Positions 49,069 through 63,300 of a stretch of 64,000 nt of DNA are shown piece by piece (the first letter of the stretch is position 1; each line of letters opens with the position of its first letter). Origin of the DNA: Geosiphon pyriformis uo1 (taxonomy: Eukaryota > Fungi > Glomeromycota); the NCBI GenBank assembly GCA_016748015.1, contig JAAOMT010000502.1:744001-808000 (forward strand). Reading direction: 5' to 3'. A program made the translations under genes and the position numbers. A model generated the notes under the pieces. That model saw only the letters and a program-made list of their open reading frames with translations, was not told the origin of the DNA and did not search any database.

Positions 49069-51749
49069 TAGGCGCACCTCCAAAAGGTGAGAGTGTAAGC
49101 CAACTAGAAGAAAACCCTTTTTATGCTTTTAACTTAACTGATGATGACCATGACATGGATGAACTAGCAATCAACACCTCAGAATCAACAAGAAAGAAGA
49201 AAGCCAAGATTGATTTTGTTTTAAATCCAAATAAACCATCCACATCAACTGCTGATAATAATAAGCCACCAAAGGCTAAAGTCTTTAAGAATCCTCCAAA
49301 GTTGAAACCCCCAGAAATAGTACAAAAATCTGGACCTTATTCTGTTGTTAAAGGTCTCATGGAAACCCCAGCACATATTACCTTTGGCCAACTGATGACT
49401 CATCCACAGTTTAGAAAAGATCTCCACAAATCTCTGATCCCCAAGAAGAAAATACCAAAAACCAACAAATGCCCTTGTCAAGCTAGACTTGTTGACAACA
49501 GCAATGTTACCCCTTTAATTTGCAAAGCCCAAGTGGCAGGTTATTTCATTGACTTGATCCTAGACAGTAGATCATCTGTGAGTGTCATTGCCAAACATTT
49601 CTTAGAAGCAATTGGCAGAAAAATTGACAAACCTTCTACCAGACCTATGACTAATGTACATGGTGTTAAAAAGAAAGATCTTGGTATTGCCAAAGCTATT
49701 CCTGTCCACATCAATGACATCAGCATTGAAACTGATATGGAGGTTTCTGAAGCAAAAGAATACACCATCATTGTTGGCAATGAGTGGCTCAAGAAAGCAA
49801 AAGCCTTACTCGACTATAAACTGTGTGAATTAACCATCAGATGTGGTGAGAAGCCCATAGTGGTTAAATGTCGCCATTAAACAACTCCCTCAACAAACAA
49901 ACAGGATCAAAAAGAAGAACAATCAGATGAATCAAATGATGAAAAAAGTAATGAAGAAGAAGAACAAGAGGAACAAAAAGAAACCACTGAACTTGTATAT
50001 ACTATCTTCACCAGCAATGGCAAGCCACTGGACAATGTCAAAGCTGACAAAGAAGAAATCATTGTGAATGACAAGCTGATTTGCTGGCCCTACTATGATA
50101 TCCTTAGAAAAACCTTTGACCAAAAGCCTGGCAAGAAAGCCAAGTACCATTATTGGTGGCATGGTCCTTGTGCCTGGTGCTGGTGCAACCAACCCTTGTA
50201 TTCTCCAAGTAATGAATGCAAATCATGCCTGATCTATTACAAAGATTGGGAACCAATCAGTTTGATACCTAGAGATGAATTAAAAGAAGTACAGAAGTCC
50301 TTTGAGAATGAACCACCTGAAATCCAATCATTAGTAGTAAAACAAAGAGAACTCTCTCCAGAAGAAAGAAAGATAGACATTGAAAATTTGTTGACAAGAA
50401 ACAGCCCAGTTATCTCAAAAGAAAGTGATAGCCCAGGATGAACTCATGTGATACAACACACCATCACCACCAGAGAAACTCACCCCATCTATTTGAAGCC
50501 TTACCAATCCAATCGCCAAAATGATGAGTTTATCAAGAAAGAAATAAACTGGATGAAAGAACTTGGATTCATACAAGAAACCAAGAGTGAATGGGCTTTC
50601 CCAGTTGTAGTAGTATCCAAGAAAGATGGAACCCTACACTTCTGTGTTGACTATTGCCAATTAAATGCCATCACTGAAAGAGACATGTACCCACTTTCCA
50701 AAATTGATGCAATGCTGGACCAATTCAAAGATGCTGCTTTCTTTTCAACCATTGATCTAACTGCTGGATTCTGGCAAGTAGAGATGGATCCAAAAAGCCG
50801 GAAGAAAACTGTCTTTATCACCAAGTATGACACCTATGAATTCACAGTTATGCCTTTTGGTCTTATCAATGCCCCTTTCACCTTTCAATGCTTAATGGAT
50901 AAAGTATTTAAATCAGTGAAAGAAAACTTTGTTCTGGTCTATCTGGACGATATAATGGTGTACTCAAAAACCTGGGATGAACACCTTGAACATTTGCAAA
51001 AGGTTTTTGATCTTCTCAGAAATGCAGATTTCAAGATCAACCCAATGAAATCTTTCTTTGGAAGACAATCCACCCAATTTCTTGGCCATCTTATTACAAA
51101 AGATGGAATCTTCCTTGATTCAGCCAAAGTGGAAAAAGTTCAGAACATAAGACAACCAATGAATGTTCATGAGTTATGTTTTTTCCTTGGTTTGGCCTCT
51201 TATTATTGTAAATTTGTTAAGGATTTCTCCAAAATTGCCTCTTCACTTAATCAGCTATTCAGAAAAAATGTCAACTATTATTGGGGCACACATCAGCAGA
51301 AAGCATTTGAAACCCTCAAAGAAAAATTGGTTACAGAACCTATTCTCAAGCAACCTGATCTGGATCAACCTTTTATCTTTCACACTGATGCATTTGGCTA
51401 TGAACTTGGTGCTGTTCTCTCACAAAAAGATGAAAATGGCAGGGAACATGCAATAGCCTATACCAGTAGAACCCTTACACCAGCAAAAAAGAACTATTTA
51501 GTTACTGAGCAGAAATACTTAGCAGTAGTTTGGACTACCAGCTACTGGAATAAGTATCTCCTTGGTGTGAAGTTTTTGGTGATAACAGATCACCAAGCTT
51601 TGGTTTGACTGCACAACAAAAAAAGGCTAGAACATAAATAGATAAGCCACTGAATACTTCACTTGGATGAATTTGACTATGATATTCAACACCATAAAGG
51701 AACTAATCATTAAAACGCTGATGCTCTTTTCAGACTTACCACCAAGTGA
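49059..51749 (+). pseudogene. pol: pol of B5: protease, Cys/Trp-rich domain, RT, RNase H (in-frame stops)
   Basis: LILDSRSS, HFCVDY, MPFGL, YLDD, HTDAFG, TDHQAL, NADALFR; ends at the conserved TGA 51747-51749. Confidence 0.94.
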
Positions 51750-51813
51750 CAGTACAATCTCCCAAACCAAACCAACCTAATTATTAGTAATACTCTTACA
51801 ACAAAACACGATA

Positions 51814-53128
51814 ATGGACTTGGACAACTACTCTGTCTTAATGGAATTTTTGGGTAAAGGACAATACCCACCAGAATACACTCAACAGCAAAGAGAACAT
51901 TTGTGCAAACAATCAAATTTTTATTTGATCCACCAAAACCAATTATATAAAAGAAATAGAAAAGATCCTGACTGTCCCCAGAGAGTCATAAGATTTGAAG
52001 AAAGAGAAATTGTAATCTACAACATGCACACTGATCCATTAGCTGGACACTTTGGAAAAACAAAAACAATTCAGAAAACTCTAGCTCACTATTAATGGCC
52101 TACCTTGGGAAAAGACATTGCTAAGTACATTAAAACTTGTGATACCTGCCAAAAAAGAGGAAAACCCAATAGAAAAGAAAATATCCATCCAATTTCTGTT
52201 GGCCAACCATTTGACAGAATTGGTATAGATGTTGTTAGACCATTAACAGTAACTCTTGATGGCAACAGATACATTATCACAGCTACTGACTATCTTACAA
52301 AGTGGATAGAAGCAAGAGCCACCCCAGATCAAACAGCAGTTTCCATTGCTAATTTCATTTATGAAGATATCATTTGTCGCCATGACTGCCCCAAAGAACT
52401 TTTATTTGATAGAGGAAGAGCTTTTCTCAGTACACTGGTTAAAGAATTTTGTAGAAAAATGGGAATATTTCACAAACTTTCCTTCCTTTATCACTCCCAA
52501 ACAAATGGCCTAGTGGAATGTTTCAATAGAACACTGTGTAAAACCTTAGCCAAAACAAGTGAAGAAACAAACTTATAAGACAAAGTACTGTTTTCAGCTT
52601 TGTTTGCTTATAGAACTGTGAATCATGACATAACAAGTTATGAATCCTTTTACCTGCTCTATGGACAAATGGCAACACTACCAATAGAAACTAATATTGA
52701 GACAATACCCTTTGAAGAAATAACAATAGGGAATTACAAAGACATTTTCCAAAGAAGACTTGGTACCATTCTTGACTTATTGGTAGAGGCACAGATAATT
52801 GTCTTTGAAAAGATAAAACAGTTCCAAGAAAAGCTTAAGAAAAAAAAAACCTATAAAATACTTTCCTTAAGCATTGGTAACTTGGTTTTGAAATACCATT
52901 CAGACAAAAGACAATGTCTATGGTGATAAATTCTCTAGCCAATGGAAAAGACCCTTTATAGTGAACAAAGTTCTGAACAATGATTCTTATATTCTTCAAG
53001 ATCAATCTGGAACAATCTTTAATGATTGTTCTGTTCATGACACACAACTCAAGAAATATTACAAACAATCTGATTGGTTACCTGTTGTAATAATACTGAC
53101 CCAAATGATTAGCAAAAATCAGATATAA
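51814..53128 (+). pseudogene. integrase of B5, separate ORF with its own ATG
   Basis: MDLDNYS...HTDPLAGHFG..CDTCQ, IGIDVV, DRG, QTNGLVE. Confidence 0.92.
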
Positions 53129-53169
53129 ATAAATACACCACTCCCAAAACAGAGGTATCTTCAATCAAT

Positions 53170-53808
53170 ATGAACAATTATTTTCTGGATCAAAACATTC
53201 AAAATGCTTTCTATACTCTTCATGAGTATTGAATTAAAAACTATCCAAATGCTACTCTGACTATTGGAAAACAAACTACAATAACTGACAATAGTGAAAC
53301 ACATACTGTTATCAGACCAAAGAAAACAACTACCAGAAGAGAAAAAATTGGTAGTAAAATGGATAAGTATTTGCTGGAAAGTATAACAGCAGCAATACTT
53401 GCATCTTCCATCACAATTGGAAAAACAATTAAAGAAATCTTGCCCATAGACAAAAACTTGTCATATGAAAGACAACTAGAACTTTATGGTCACCTTGGTG
53501 AAATTATAGAAGACATGAAATTCATGAAGAAAACAACTTCTGAGATACAAGTGGAAATTTTGGACATTGTACAATTAAATGTCCCAAAAGTTTTGACCAT
53601 TACAAGAAGAGCCAAAACTCTTATACAAAGATTTGGTCTCTTGGACACAAAGCTTATTTTGCTTCAAGTTTTATATATCTTATTTACCAAAAACTTCAAC
53701 AAACTAGTTAGTTTTGAGTTAGATAAAACTTTTCAAATAGAGTATTCCCTAAATAGTTTGATTTCACCAGAGCTTAATTTCTTTGGAGAGGATGATGTTA
53801 TGGTTTAA
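53170..53808 (+). pseudogene. family B accessory ORF in B5
   Basis: Homologous to 16886-17542; one TGG>TGA stop. Confidence 0.8.
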
Positions 53809-54470
53809 ACTCATAGTTTTTATTAGTTATCACATATATTAGCCACTGATGTCATATAATTAGCCACCCTATTTTTAAATAGTGATCATTGATCTGATCA
53901 ATGACCTAACTGTTGACCTGATCATTGACCTAATCATTGACCACTTTTAATAGCTATATAAGTGATGAATCTCTTAGCTGTAAAAAAGCATGTAATAACA
54001 AGCATTTGAATAATCAAGAATAAATAAAATAACACTTTCATCTCAATCCTTCTCTTATCACTAATTTCCCTTTCCCTATCTTCAAGTATCTGAACATCTT
54101 AAAGATAAAAGATTACTTGTTGGCCTTTTCCTGATGTATATAATTGTAGCATTTGAAGATTATTTGAATAAACATGACTGAAAAGCACAAGTTGATACCT
54201 GATATTGAATTCTAAGAGCACTGATGTGAGGCATAGAATTATACCAGTGGTGATCAATTGTTGACAGTACAGACTATCCCTCTACCTTCAGATTCCTCAG
54301 TTATCTTTGAAAAAATAGTAACTGAGATATTTTATAAGACTGATCTTGCACATTAAATCCATACTCATTCAATTTGCTCTTTAAAGTTGAAATTCTCTTT
54401 GATTATTTCCATCACCCTACAATCCTGTTCTCTCTTGCTATCCATTAGCTTGTTACTCCAATCTGTAATA
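53796..54470 (+). repeat. 3' LTR of B5
   Basis: Matches the 5' LTR but has 5 repeat units; terminal CA mutated to TA. Confidence 0.94.
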
Positions 54471-55897
54471 ATATTATCTGCCATTATGGCTGCCTCAAAA
54501 AACTTTTATCTGATAGAAAAAAAGCTTTTCTCAGTACACTGGTTAAAGAACTTTGTAGAAAAATAGGAATACATTATAAACTTTTCTCTTCTTATTACCC
54601 CCAAACAAATGGCCTAGTGAAACATTTTAATAAAACACTATGTGAAACTCTAGCCAAAACCAGTAAAGAAACAAACTTATGGGACAAAGTACTGCTCTCA
54701 GCTTTGTTTGCTTATAGAACTGTAAATTATGACATAACAAGTTATAAGTCTTTTTATCTGCTCTATGGATATATGACAACACTATTAATAGAAATTGACA
54801 TTGAAACAATACTGTTTGAAGAAATCACAATAGGAAATTACAAAGACATTTTGCAAAAAAGACTTGGTACCATTCTTGACTCCTTGGTAAAAGCACAAAT
54901 AATTGCTTTTGAAAAGATAAAACAGTTTTAAGAAAAGCTTAAAAAAAAAAAACTTATAAAACACTTTCTTTAAGTATTGGTGACTTGGTACTAGAATACT
55001 GTTCTGACAGAGACAATGTTTATGGTAATAAATTCTCTAGCCAATAGAAAAGACCCTTTATAGTCAACAAAGTTTTGAACAATGGTTCTTATATTCTTTA
55101 AGATCAATCTGAAACAATCTTCAATGATTGTCTTGTTTATGGTACCTGACTCAAAAAATATTATAAACGACCTGATTGGCTGCCTGTTGTGATAATATTA
55201 ACTCAAATGATCAGCAAAAATTAAGTATAAATAAATGCATTATTCCCAAAACAGAGGTATCTTCAATTGACATAAACAATTATTTTTTGGATCAAAACAT
55301 TCAAAACACTTTCTATACTCTTTATGAGTATTGGATCAAAAACTATTTAAATACTACTTTGACCATTGAAAAACAAACCACCATAACTAATAACAGTGGA
55401 ACAAATACTGTTATTAAACTAAAGAAAACTACTACCAGAAGAAAAAAAATTGGTAGTAAAATAGATAAATATCTGTTGGAAAGTATAACAGCAGCTATAC
55501 TTCTACTTTTTAACATAATTGGAAAAACATTCCAAGAAATTTTATCCATAGACAAAAACTTGTTATATAGTAAATAATTAGAACTCTATGGTTACCTTGG
55601 TGAAATTATAAAGGATATGAAACTCATAAAGAAAACAACTTCAGAAATACAGGCAGAAATTTTGGGCATTATACAGTTAAATGTCCCAAGAGTTTTAATT
55701 ATTATTAGAAGAACCAAAACTCTAATTCAAAGATTTGGTCTCTTGGATACAAAACTTATTTTGCCTCAAGTATCATATACCTTATCCACAAAAGACTTCA
55801 ACAAACTAGTTAGCTTTGAGTTAAATAAAACTCTTTAAATAGATTACACCATAAATAGCTTGATTTTGCCAGAGCTCAATCTCTTTGGAGAGGATGA

Positions 55898-56578
55898 TAT
55901 TATGGTTGAAACTTATACTTCCTATTAATTATCACATGTATTAACCACTAATGTCATATAAATTAGCCATTTTATTTTTAGAAAGTGATCATTGACCTGA
56001 TCAATGACCTAACTGTTAATCTGATTATTGACCTGATTATTGACCACTTTTAATAGCTATATAAGTAATAAATCTCTTAGCTGTAGAAAAACATGTAAAA
56101 ATTAAGGAAATCAAATAAATAAAATAACAACTTTCATCTCAATCATTTTTTTATTGCTAAAATTCTCTTTCCCTACCTTCAAGTATCCAAACATCTTGGA
56201 ATAAAAGATTACTTGTTGGCATTTACCTACCTTTTTCCTGAAATATGTAATTGCAGCATTTGAAAATTATTGAATAAAATGTGACTGAAGAGTATATCTG
56301 ATACCTAATATTGAATTCTAAGAGTGCCAACATGAGGCATAGAATTATACCAGTGTGTAATTATTTGTTGACAGTATGGACTATTCCTCTATCTTCAGAT
56401 TCTCTGGTTATCTTTAAAAAAGTACAGTGACTGAGATATTTTATGAGACTAATCTCATACATTAAATCCATACTTATTCAATTTGCTCTTTGAAATTGAA
56501 TTTCCTTTGATTCTTTTCATTACCCTACAATCCTGTTCTCCTTTGCTATCTGTTAGCTTGTTACTCCAATCTGTAACA
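55898..56578 (+). repeat. 3' LTR of B7
   Basis: PPT ggagaggatga then tattatggttgaaact...ctgtaaca. Confidence 0.92.
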
Positions 56579-58360
56579 CTATACTAAAATTAAAGGCTTA
56601 TTGAGAAAGGAGAACATTTTGTATTTGCATTAGGTAGAGAACAAGGATGGATTACTGATAACATGAATGGACTTTACAAGGAAGTACAGACAGAGTGACA
56701 GTAATAGAATATCCAAATGGTTCAAGGTGCTAGAATTTACAATCATTATGAATGAATACAGGAACATTGATATAGCCCAATGTGAAGCATTGGGGATGCA
56801 CAAATTAAATACTGAAATACCAGATGATCTGGAAATATTGCAAAGAGACTTTATTTACATCCATATTTCTGATACCTTATTGTTACAATGTTGAGACTCA
56901 AAAAAAAAATAGAGATATCAACAGATGACTCATTGGTAAAAGCTGGTTCTGTGAAAGCTAGAAGAGCAGCTGTTTTTGTAATACATAGAATGAAAGCCAG
57001 CTTTGGTATAGCAGTAAATAGAACATTGTTATCAACAAAAACTGAGGCTAAGACTGTATTACTGGCTTTGAAGACAGTACCATACAAATGTAAACTGATA
57101 TTAAACACAGATAGTCAGACAGTTGTATCAACAGCTCAAAATTGGTTGTCTAAAGATTTTTTCTTGTCTATTAGGAATCAGCTCAAAACTCCTAACTGGC
57201 ATACATAGAATGCAATCAAAGTAGTAATAGGTGAAAAAAAAATTGATTTAAAGTGGCTGCACATACTGGAGTATTTGAAAATAAGAAGGCTAATAAACTA
57301 GCCAAAGAAGCTACTGCTTTTGACACAGTGGAATGGGCCTACAACACCAAGAATATCAGCTATGTTTTCTTTTGTGAAGGAGTTGAGTTGGATTTAAATA
57401 TTAAACAATTCCTAAGCCAACAAACTGAGCTTCAAGTTGCTTTAGATTGGATAAGCAATAACAAAGTCCAGAGAGCATTAGGGCCTTTGGACCAAGAGAT
57501 AGACTGGGCATGCACAACCAAGGTTTGGAATTGGGATGATAAAATGTCTTCAGGTTTCATCTCAGCTGGTTCCTTAGCAATGCATACATTTATTATGAAA
57601 TCATTTTACAACATGCTGCCAATGACAGAGGTGCTGTATAACAGATGTTCTCTAATGTATCTAAACAATCTTTGCAAAATATGTTACATGGAGGTAGAGA
57701 CCAATCAGCACTTTTGGAAATGCTCTTTGAATACTTAAAAAGGCAAGACACTAATGGATAAGATAAAAAATAAATAAATGCAGTGCTTATTAAAGGCTGC
57801 GAAAAAGAAACATAAAACCATAGACTCTGGTAAAAAGATTGTCTTGTCCAAAGAGTATATTATGTTAACACCCAACATAAATTTGCTATGCAAAGAATTG
57901 ATAGATAAGTAATTTAGAAGGATCAATACATTTGCTGACATCAATTAAAAGACTAACAATAATGTACTGATTAAGGTGTGTAAATGGGCAGTAACTCAAG
58001 TAAGGAATAGGTTATAGATTGAATATTGCAAAGCACAAACTAAGTGAAAAAAATCAGTAGGTATTAATAATAAAAATAAGAAAAGCCTATTGAATAGGTC
58101 TAATATACATATAATATCAGTAAATAGTGATAATAATGACAGCATATCCAAAGTCAAGATGAGTGATATATTCACACAGTGTAATGAGATACTGGCTGAT
58201 GTTATACTACCTTGTAGTTAGACATAACCACTTAGTGGTTAGCCACATCTTGTAATTTAGATTATTAGGTGAGTTGGCTTTATGAAAAAGTCATGTTTTT
58301 TGAGTATGGCTAAATTAATAAAAGACCAGCATGGCTACACATTAACAAAAAAAAAAAAAA
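56579..58360 (+). pseudogene. L2 ORF2 3' part (RNase H, CCHC finger), 3' tail and poly(A)
   Basis: STDDSLV..KTEAKTVLLAL..NTDS; CKICYMEVETNQHFWKC. Confidence 0.9.
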
Positions 58361-60301
58361 TCTGAAGCAAAAGAATACACCATAATAGTTGGCAATGAAT
58401 AACTCAAGAAGGCAAAAGTCTTGCTTGATTATGAACTTTGTGAACTGACCATTAAATGTGGTGAGAAACCCATTGTGATTAAGTGCTGCCATTGGACAAC
58501 TTCCCCAGTACTTACACAAAAACAAAAAGAAGAACAATCAAACAAATCAGATGATAATGAGAGCAATAAAAAAGAAGAACAAAAAGAAACTGCTGAACTT
58601 GCTTATATCATTTTTACTAGTAATGGCAAGCCACTGAACAATATTAAAGCTGACAAAAAAAGAATCATAGTAAATGACAAGCTGATTTGTTGGCCCTACT
58701 ATGATATTTTCAGAAGAATCTTTAATAGAAAACCTGACAAGAAAGCAAAATACAATTATTGATGGCATAGTCTTTGTGTTAGGTGCTAATGCGATAAATC
58801 TTTGTATTCTTCTAGTGATAAATGCAAGTTCTGTCTAATCTATTACAAAAATTGGGAGCCAATTAGTTTGATACTCAGAGAAGAACTAAAAGAAGAACAG
58901 AAGTTCTTTAAGAATAAACCACCTGAAATCCAATTATTAGTTGTAGAACAAAGAGAACCTTTCTCTAAAGAAAGAAAAGTAAACATTGAAAATCTGTTGG
59001 CTAGGAGTAGCCCAGTTATCTCAAAAGAAGGTGATACCCCTGGACAAACTCATGTGATACAACACACCATCATCACAAAAGAAACTTGTCTTATCCATTT
59101 GAAGTCTTATTAATCCAATTGACACAATGATGAGTTTATCATGAAAAAAATAAACCAGATGAAAAATCTTGGATTCATACAAAAAACCAAGAGTGAATGG
59201 GCTTTTCCAGTTGTAGTGATATCCAAGAAAGGTGGAACCCTATGTTTCTGTGTTAACTACTACCAATTAAATACTATTACTATAAGAGACATATATCTAC
59301 TCCCCAAAATTGATGCAATGCTAGATAAATTCAATGGTGCTGTTTTTTTTTCAATCATTGACTTAACTGCTAGATTCTGGCAAGTAGAGATGAATCCAGA
59401 AAGCAGAAAGAAAACTGTTTTTATTACCAAATATGACACCTATGAATTCACAGTCATGTCTTTTGGTCTCACCAATGCCCCTCCTACTTTTCAATGTCTA
59501 ATGGACAAAGTATTTGAATCAGTAAAAGAAAACTTTGTTCTGGTCTACTTAAATGACATAATAGTTTACTTAAAAACCTGGAATGAACATCTTGAACACT
59601 TGCAAAAGGTTTTTGACTTGCTCAGAAATGCTGGTCTCAAGATTAACCCAATCAAATCTTTCTTTGGATGCCAATTCACCCAGTTCTTTGGTCATCTTAT
59701 TACAAAAGATGAAATCTTTCTTAACTCAGCTAAAGTTGAAAAAGTTCAGAACATTAGACAACCAATAAATGTTTCTGAACTATGCTCTTTTCTTGGTTTG
59801 GTCTCTTACTATTGCAAATTTATTAAAGATTTCTCCAAAATTGCTTTTCCTCTTAATTAGCTATTCAGGAAAAATGTCAATTATTACTGAAGCACTCATT
59901 AACAAAAAGCTTTTGAAATTCTGAAGAAAAAACTTGTTATTGAACCAATTCTCAAGCAATCTGATCTGGACTAACCTTTTATACTCCACACTGATTCATT
60001 TGGCTATAGACTTGGTGCTATCCTTTCATAAAAAGATGAAAATGGCAGAGAACATGCCATAGCATATGCCAGTAAATCTCTCATACCAGCAGAAAAAAAC
60101 TACTCAGTAACTGAACAAGAATGTTTAGCAGTAGTTTGGGCTACTAGTTACTTGAATCAATATCTTCTTGGTGCAAAATTTTTAGTGGTAACAGATCATC
60201 AAGCCTTGGTTTGGCTGCACAATAAAAAGAAGCTGAAACATAAATAAATAACTTGCTAGATACTCCACTTGGATGAATTTGACTATGATATTCAATACTG
60301 C
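58361..60301 (+). mobile_element. pol: Family B copy B2, continuation (protease end, RT, RNase H), interrupted by B6
   Basis: Resumes exactly at the LINE TSD; YLND, FGLTNAP motifs. Confidence 0.92.
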
Positions 60302-63300
60302 TGTTACGGGTTGGAGTAACAAGCTAATGGATAGCAAGGGGAACAGGATTATAGGGTGATAAAAATAATCAAAGGGAATTCAACTTCAAAGAGCAAATTG
60401 AATGAGTATGGATCCAATGTGCGAGATCAGTCTCATAAAATATCTCAGTCACTATTCTTTTTAAAGGTAACTAGAGAATTTGAAGGTAGAGAGATAGTCC
60501 ATACTGTCAACAATTAATCACCACTGGTATAATTCTATGCCTCATGTTGGCACTCTTAGAATTCAATATCAGGTATCAACTTGTGCTTTTCAGTTATGTT
60601 TATTCAAATAATCTTCAAATACTACAATTATATATGTCAGGAAAAGGCCAACAAGTAATCTTTTATCTTTTAAGATGTTCAGATACTTAAAGGTAGGGAA
60701 AGAGAATTTTTAGCGATCAGAGAAGGATTGAGATGAAAGTTGTTATTTTATTTATTCTTGATTAATTAGATGCTTATTATTACATACTTTTCTATAGCTA
60801 AGAGACTTATTGCTTATATAGCTATTGAAAGTGGTCAATGATCAGGTCAATAATCAGGTCAACAGTTAGGTCATTAATCAGATCAATAATCAGGTCAACA
60901 GTCAGATTATTGATCAGGTCAATAATTACTATTTATAAATAGAGTGGCTAATTTATATAACATTAGTGGCTAATACAAGTAATAACTAATAAAAACTATG
61001 AGTTTGAACCATAACATCATCCTCTATGATTTCATTAAGGCAACCATAGAACTTTAGTTGTCTTCCATATGACAAGTTTTTGTCTATGGGTAAGATTTCT
61101 TTGATTGTTTTTCCAATTGTGTTGGAAGGTGCAAGTATCACTGCTGTTATGCTTTCCAGCAGATACTTATCCATTTTGCTACCAATTCTTTCTCTCCTGG
61201 TAGATGTTTTCTTTGGTCTAATAACAGTATGTGTTCTATTGTTATCAGTTATGATGGTTTGTATTCCAATGATCAGAATAGCATTTGGATAATTTTTGAT
61301 CCAATACTTATGAAGAGTATAGAAAGCATTTTGAATATTTTGATCCAAAAAATAATTGTTCATGTTGATTGAATATACCTCTGTTTTGGGAATAGTGCAT
61401 TTATTTATATCTGATTTTTGCTGATCATTTGGGTTGGTATTATCACAACTGGTAACCAATCAGATTGTTTGTAATATTTTTTGAGTCGTGTGCCATGAAC
61501 AGGATGATTATTGAAGATTGTTCTGGATTGATCTTAAAGAATATAAGAACCATTGTTCAAATCTTTGTTGACTATAAAGGGTCTTTTCCACTGACTAAAG
61601 AATTTATTATCATAAACATTGTCTCTGTCTGAGCAATATTCCAATACCAAGTTACCAACACTTAAGGAAAGTGTTTTATAAGTTTTTTTTTTCTTAAGCT
61701 TTTCTTAGAACTGCTTTATCTTTTCAAAGGCAATTATCTATACTTCTACCAATAAGTCAAGAATAGTACCAAGTCTTTTTTGTAAAATGTCTTTGTAATT
61801 CCCTATTGTGATTTCTTCAAAGAGTATTGTCTTAATGTCAGTTTCTATTGATAGTATTGCCATATATCCATAAAGCAGGTAAAAAGGTTCATAACTTGTT
61901 ATGTCATGATTCACAGTTCTGTAAGCAAACAAAGCTAAAAACAGTACTTTGTCCCATAAGTTTGTTTCTTTACTTGTTTTGGCTAAGGTTTTATACAGTG
62001 TTCTATTAAAACATTCCATTAGACTATTTGTTTAGGAGTGATAAGAGGAGAAAAGTTTGTAACGTATTCCCATTTTTCTACAAAGTTCTTCAACTAATGT
62101 ACTGAGAAAAGCTCTTCCTCTATCAGATAATAGTTCTTTAGAGCAGCCATGACAACAAATAATATCTTCATAAATAAAATTGGCTATTGAAACTGTTGTT
62201 TGATCTGGGATGGCTCTTGCTTCTATCCACTTTGTAAGATAGTCAGTAGCTGTCATATTGTATCTGTTGCCATCAGGAGTTACTGTTAAGGGTCTAACAA
62301 CATCTATACTAATTCTGTCAAATGGTTGGCCAACAGAGATTGGATGGATATCTTCTTTGTGATTGGGTTTTCTTTTTCTTTGGCAGGTATTACAAGTTTT
62401 GATGTACTTAGCAATGTTTTTTCCCAAGATAGGCCAATAATAGCAAGCTAGTGTTTTCTGAATTGTTTTTGTTTTCCCAAAGTGTCCAGCTAATGGATCA
62501 GTGTGCATGTTATAAATCACAATTTCTTTTTCTTCAAATTTTATGACTCTCTAAGAGCAATCAAGATCTCTTCTATTTTTTTTGTATAATTGGTTCTGGC
62601 ATAATAAATAAAAATTTGATTGTTTGTGCAAATGTTTTTTTTACTGTCAAGTGTATTCTGGTGGGTATTGGTCTTTACCCAAAAATTCTATTAAGACAGA
62701 GTAGTTGTCCAAGTCTATTATCGTGTTTGTTTGTGAGAAAATTACTAATAATTAGGTTGGTTTGGTTTGTAGAGGTTGTACTATCACTTGGTGATAAGTT
62801 TAGAAAGAGCATTGGCATTTTGATGATTAGCTCTTTTGTGGTATTGAATGTTATAGTCAAATTCGTCCAAGTGGAGTATCCAGCGAGTTATCTATTTATG
62901 TTCCAGCTTTTTTTTATTGCATAGCCAAACCAAGACTTGATGATCTGTTACTACCAAGAATTTGGCACCAAGAAGATATTTGCTCCAGTAACTGGTAGAC
63001 CAGACTATAGCTAAGCATTCTTGTTCAGTCACTAAGTAGTTCTGTTCTGCTGGGGTAAGTGTTCTACTGGCATATGCTATGGCATGTTCTTTGTCTTCTT
63101 CATCTTTTTGAACTAGGACAGCTCCAAGTCTATAGCCAAATGCATCAGTGTGAAGGATGAAAGATTAATCTAGATCAGGTTGCCTAAGAATTGGTTCAGT
63201 GATTAGTTTTTCTTTCAGAGTTTCAAAAGCTTTTTGTTGGTGTGTGCCCCAATAGTAGTTGACATTTTTTCTGAGTAGCTGATTGAGTGGAGCAGCAATT

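Larger units (their letters stand above)
46718..54470 (+). mobile_element. Family B copy B5, structurally complete Ty3/Gypsy element (7753 bp)
   Basis: LTRs 46718-47465 and 53796-54470, ATAT TSD at 46714-46717 and 54471-54474, PBS 47472-47488, PPT 53785-53795, all domains present. Confidence 0.97.
43974..56578 (+). mobile_element. Family B copy B7, 3' part (43974-44413, 45940-46717, 54471-56578), split by C4 and B5
   Basis: RT (YLDD), RNase H end, integrase, accessory ORF, PPT and 3' LTR 55898-56578 in order once the inserts are removed. Confidence 0.87.
21945..58360 (+). mobile_element. LINE copy L2, fragmented by nested insertions (21945-21987, 29390-33716, 36068-37024, 56579-58360)
   Basis: 5' end aaaaacttttttttctctctttgact, poly(A) 58347-58360, 15-bp TSD tctgaagcaaaagaa at 21930-21944 and 58361-58375. 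Confidence 0.9.

Noticed and set aside
51746-51787. 42-nt GT..AG intron fusing RNase H to integrase
   Set aside because: Removal keeps the RNase H frame and does not reach the integrase frame
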